DNA from: Bacteriovoracaceae bacterium
Lineage (GTDB): Bacteria; Bdellovibrionota; Bacteriovoracia; Bacteriovoracales; Bacteriovoracaceae
Length of the DNA stretch: 18,321 bases
Assembly: GCA_049599895.1 (NCBI GenBank)
Contig: JBMYPC010000058.1
Coordinates: 1-18,321 of the forward strand
Reading direction: 5' to 3'
Under the pieces are notes generated by a model, which saw only the letters and a list, made by a program, of their open reading frames with translations, searched no databases and was not told the origin of the DNA. The position numbers were made by a program, and so were the translations under genes. Every line of letters starts with the position of its first letter. Positions within the stretch are counted from its first letter, which is position 1. Positions 17,199-18,321 of this stretch are shown here, one piece after another.

Positions 17199-17624
17199 TT
17201 AATCACAAGCACCGCTTGAGTAAACAGTACTTAAAATTGAATTTGTTTCTTGTTCATTCAATTTTAGAAACTTTAGTTCTGTCCCGCTTGGAAAAATGAC
17301 TTTTCCTTCTGAGAAGTCCTCTTCTGATGATTCCATTCTAATTTGTAATTGGTCACCATTTGATGAATAGACTTCTAAGCTTTCTTCTCCAAGAACAAGG
17401 TCACCTCTCATTGCATTATGAGTTGTACAAGATCTAACTATCGTGCTGTTTGGTCCTACAATAGACATTTTAAATAGTCCCATTTCATAATAAATTCCAT
17501 CAAGACAGACTATTGGATAAAGTCCTCCTGTCTCATACAATTGATAACAATTTGAATTTCCAATTGATTGTGCATTTGCTTGAAGTGCTGAAGAAAAGAT
17601 TAGAGCCATCAATAACTTTTTCAT
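17199..17624 (-). CDS. Hypothetical secreted protein with four cysteines
   Basis: Signal peptide MKKLLMALIFSSALQANA; followed by hairpin. Confidence 0.8.
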   Translation of the reverse strand: MKKLLMALIFSSALQANAQSIGNSNCYQLYETGGLYPIVCLDGIYYEMGLFKMSIVGPNSTIVRSCTTHNAMRGDLVLGEESLEVYSSNGDQLQIRMESSEEDFSEGKVIFPSGTELKFLKLNEQETNSILSTVYSSGACD

Positions 17625-17788
17625 AATATAATTCTTTGGTTTTAAGATTGCTAACTACTTACCATATTCTTAAATTTTGCACAAGGTCAATCTGGTTTGC
17701 CCATTTATTTTCGTGCACTTTTTGTGTCCACTGTAAAAATTGCTGACTTTATTTTAATATCTCTGACATGAGTACAAACTATGAACCA

Positions 17789-18321
17789 TTAGATGAGCCA
17801 ACAAAAATATAAACAAACAGGAATAGAGTCATGGTCTACTAAATCATTGTTTTGCAACATCACTGTAATAGGTTCAGCAGCACCCAACCCACAACTTTTA
17901 TCTACTGGGCTAATGTCTGTAATTACTACTTCAGGCAAACCAAGAATTTTAAAATCATCAATGGCTACATCACCAGTAAAATAAGTAGCAGAACCACTTG
18001 CATTTGCTAATTCGGTAGCTCGTATTCTAAACATCGCATTGGTAACTCCAGTATAAGTAGGGCTAAGTGATACTTCAGCTTTAAACCATTCGTCTCCTTG
18101 ATCGCCTTGTATTTCCCATATAGTAGTCCAAGTAGTTCCCATATCGGTAGATATTTGAACCATAAGGGAGTCTTGCTCTACTCCCCACATATGATACCAG
18201 AATTCTAGTCCTGGAATAGAAATAGAAGATAAGTCAAATCGTGGAGAAAGAATACTTGTTCCATCGATCATCCCATTACAAGTTCCGCTGGTTTCTGTAT
18301 AAATATAGTTACCTCCACCTG
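17789..18321 (-). CDS. MAM-domain extracellular protein, 5' end outside window, apparently 3'-truncated
   Basis: Frame stays open to the edge (GGGNYIYTETSG...); LSPRFDL, LEFWYHMWG, GDQGDEWFKAEVSL, GDVAIDDF are MAM hallmarks; the next domain stops abruptly. Confidence 0.82.
   Translation of the reverse strand, partial: GGGNYIYTETSGTCNGMIDGTSILSPRFDLSSISIPGLEFWYHMWGVEQDSLMVQISTDMGTTWTTIWEIQGDQGDEWFKAEVSLSPTYTGVTNAMFRIRATELANASGSATYFTGDVAIDDFKILGLPEVVITDISPVDKSCGLGAAEPITVMLQNNDLVDHDSIPVCLYFCWLI

Noticed and set aside
7370..17984. Other antisense or nested ORFs (7370, 7760, 7797, 10117, 11116, 14585, 15202, 15601, 17793)
   Set aside because: Shadow frames of supported genes with no motifs.
1..18321. 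CRISPR array, IS transposase, rRNA
   Set aside because: No regularly spaced repeats, transposase motifs or rRNA-like sequence seen.

Overview
AT-rich bacterial chromosomal window; gene style suggests Bdellovibrionota/Bacteriovoracaceae (inference only). Left to right: a partial beta-lactamase-family serine hydrolase; a tightly coupled minus-strand lipid-modification operon (DUF1295, DUF1475-like, two CFA-type SAM methyltransferases, FAD oxidoreductase, DUF1365) divergent from an acyl-CoA desaturase plus chalcone-isomerase-like pair; a minimal exported kinase-like protein; a TerB-like protein; an outer-membrane barrel plus Cys-rich lipoprotein pair; and a membrane class III nucleotide cyclase. 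An accessory segment (about 13.8-17.2 kb) carries a three-gene Type II restriction-modification cassette: ribbon-helix-helix protein, C5 methyltransferase and EcoRII-C/CCGG-family endonuclease. It sits behind a 48-bp palindrome that overlaps an apparently leaderless sigma70 promoter. The cassette is bracketed by an 88-bp diverged direct repeat and followed by a tRNA-Ser-3'-end-like att scar. The window ends with a small secreted protein and a truncated MAM-domain gene of apparently different origin.
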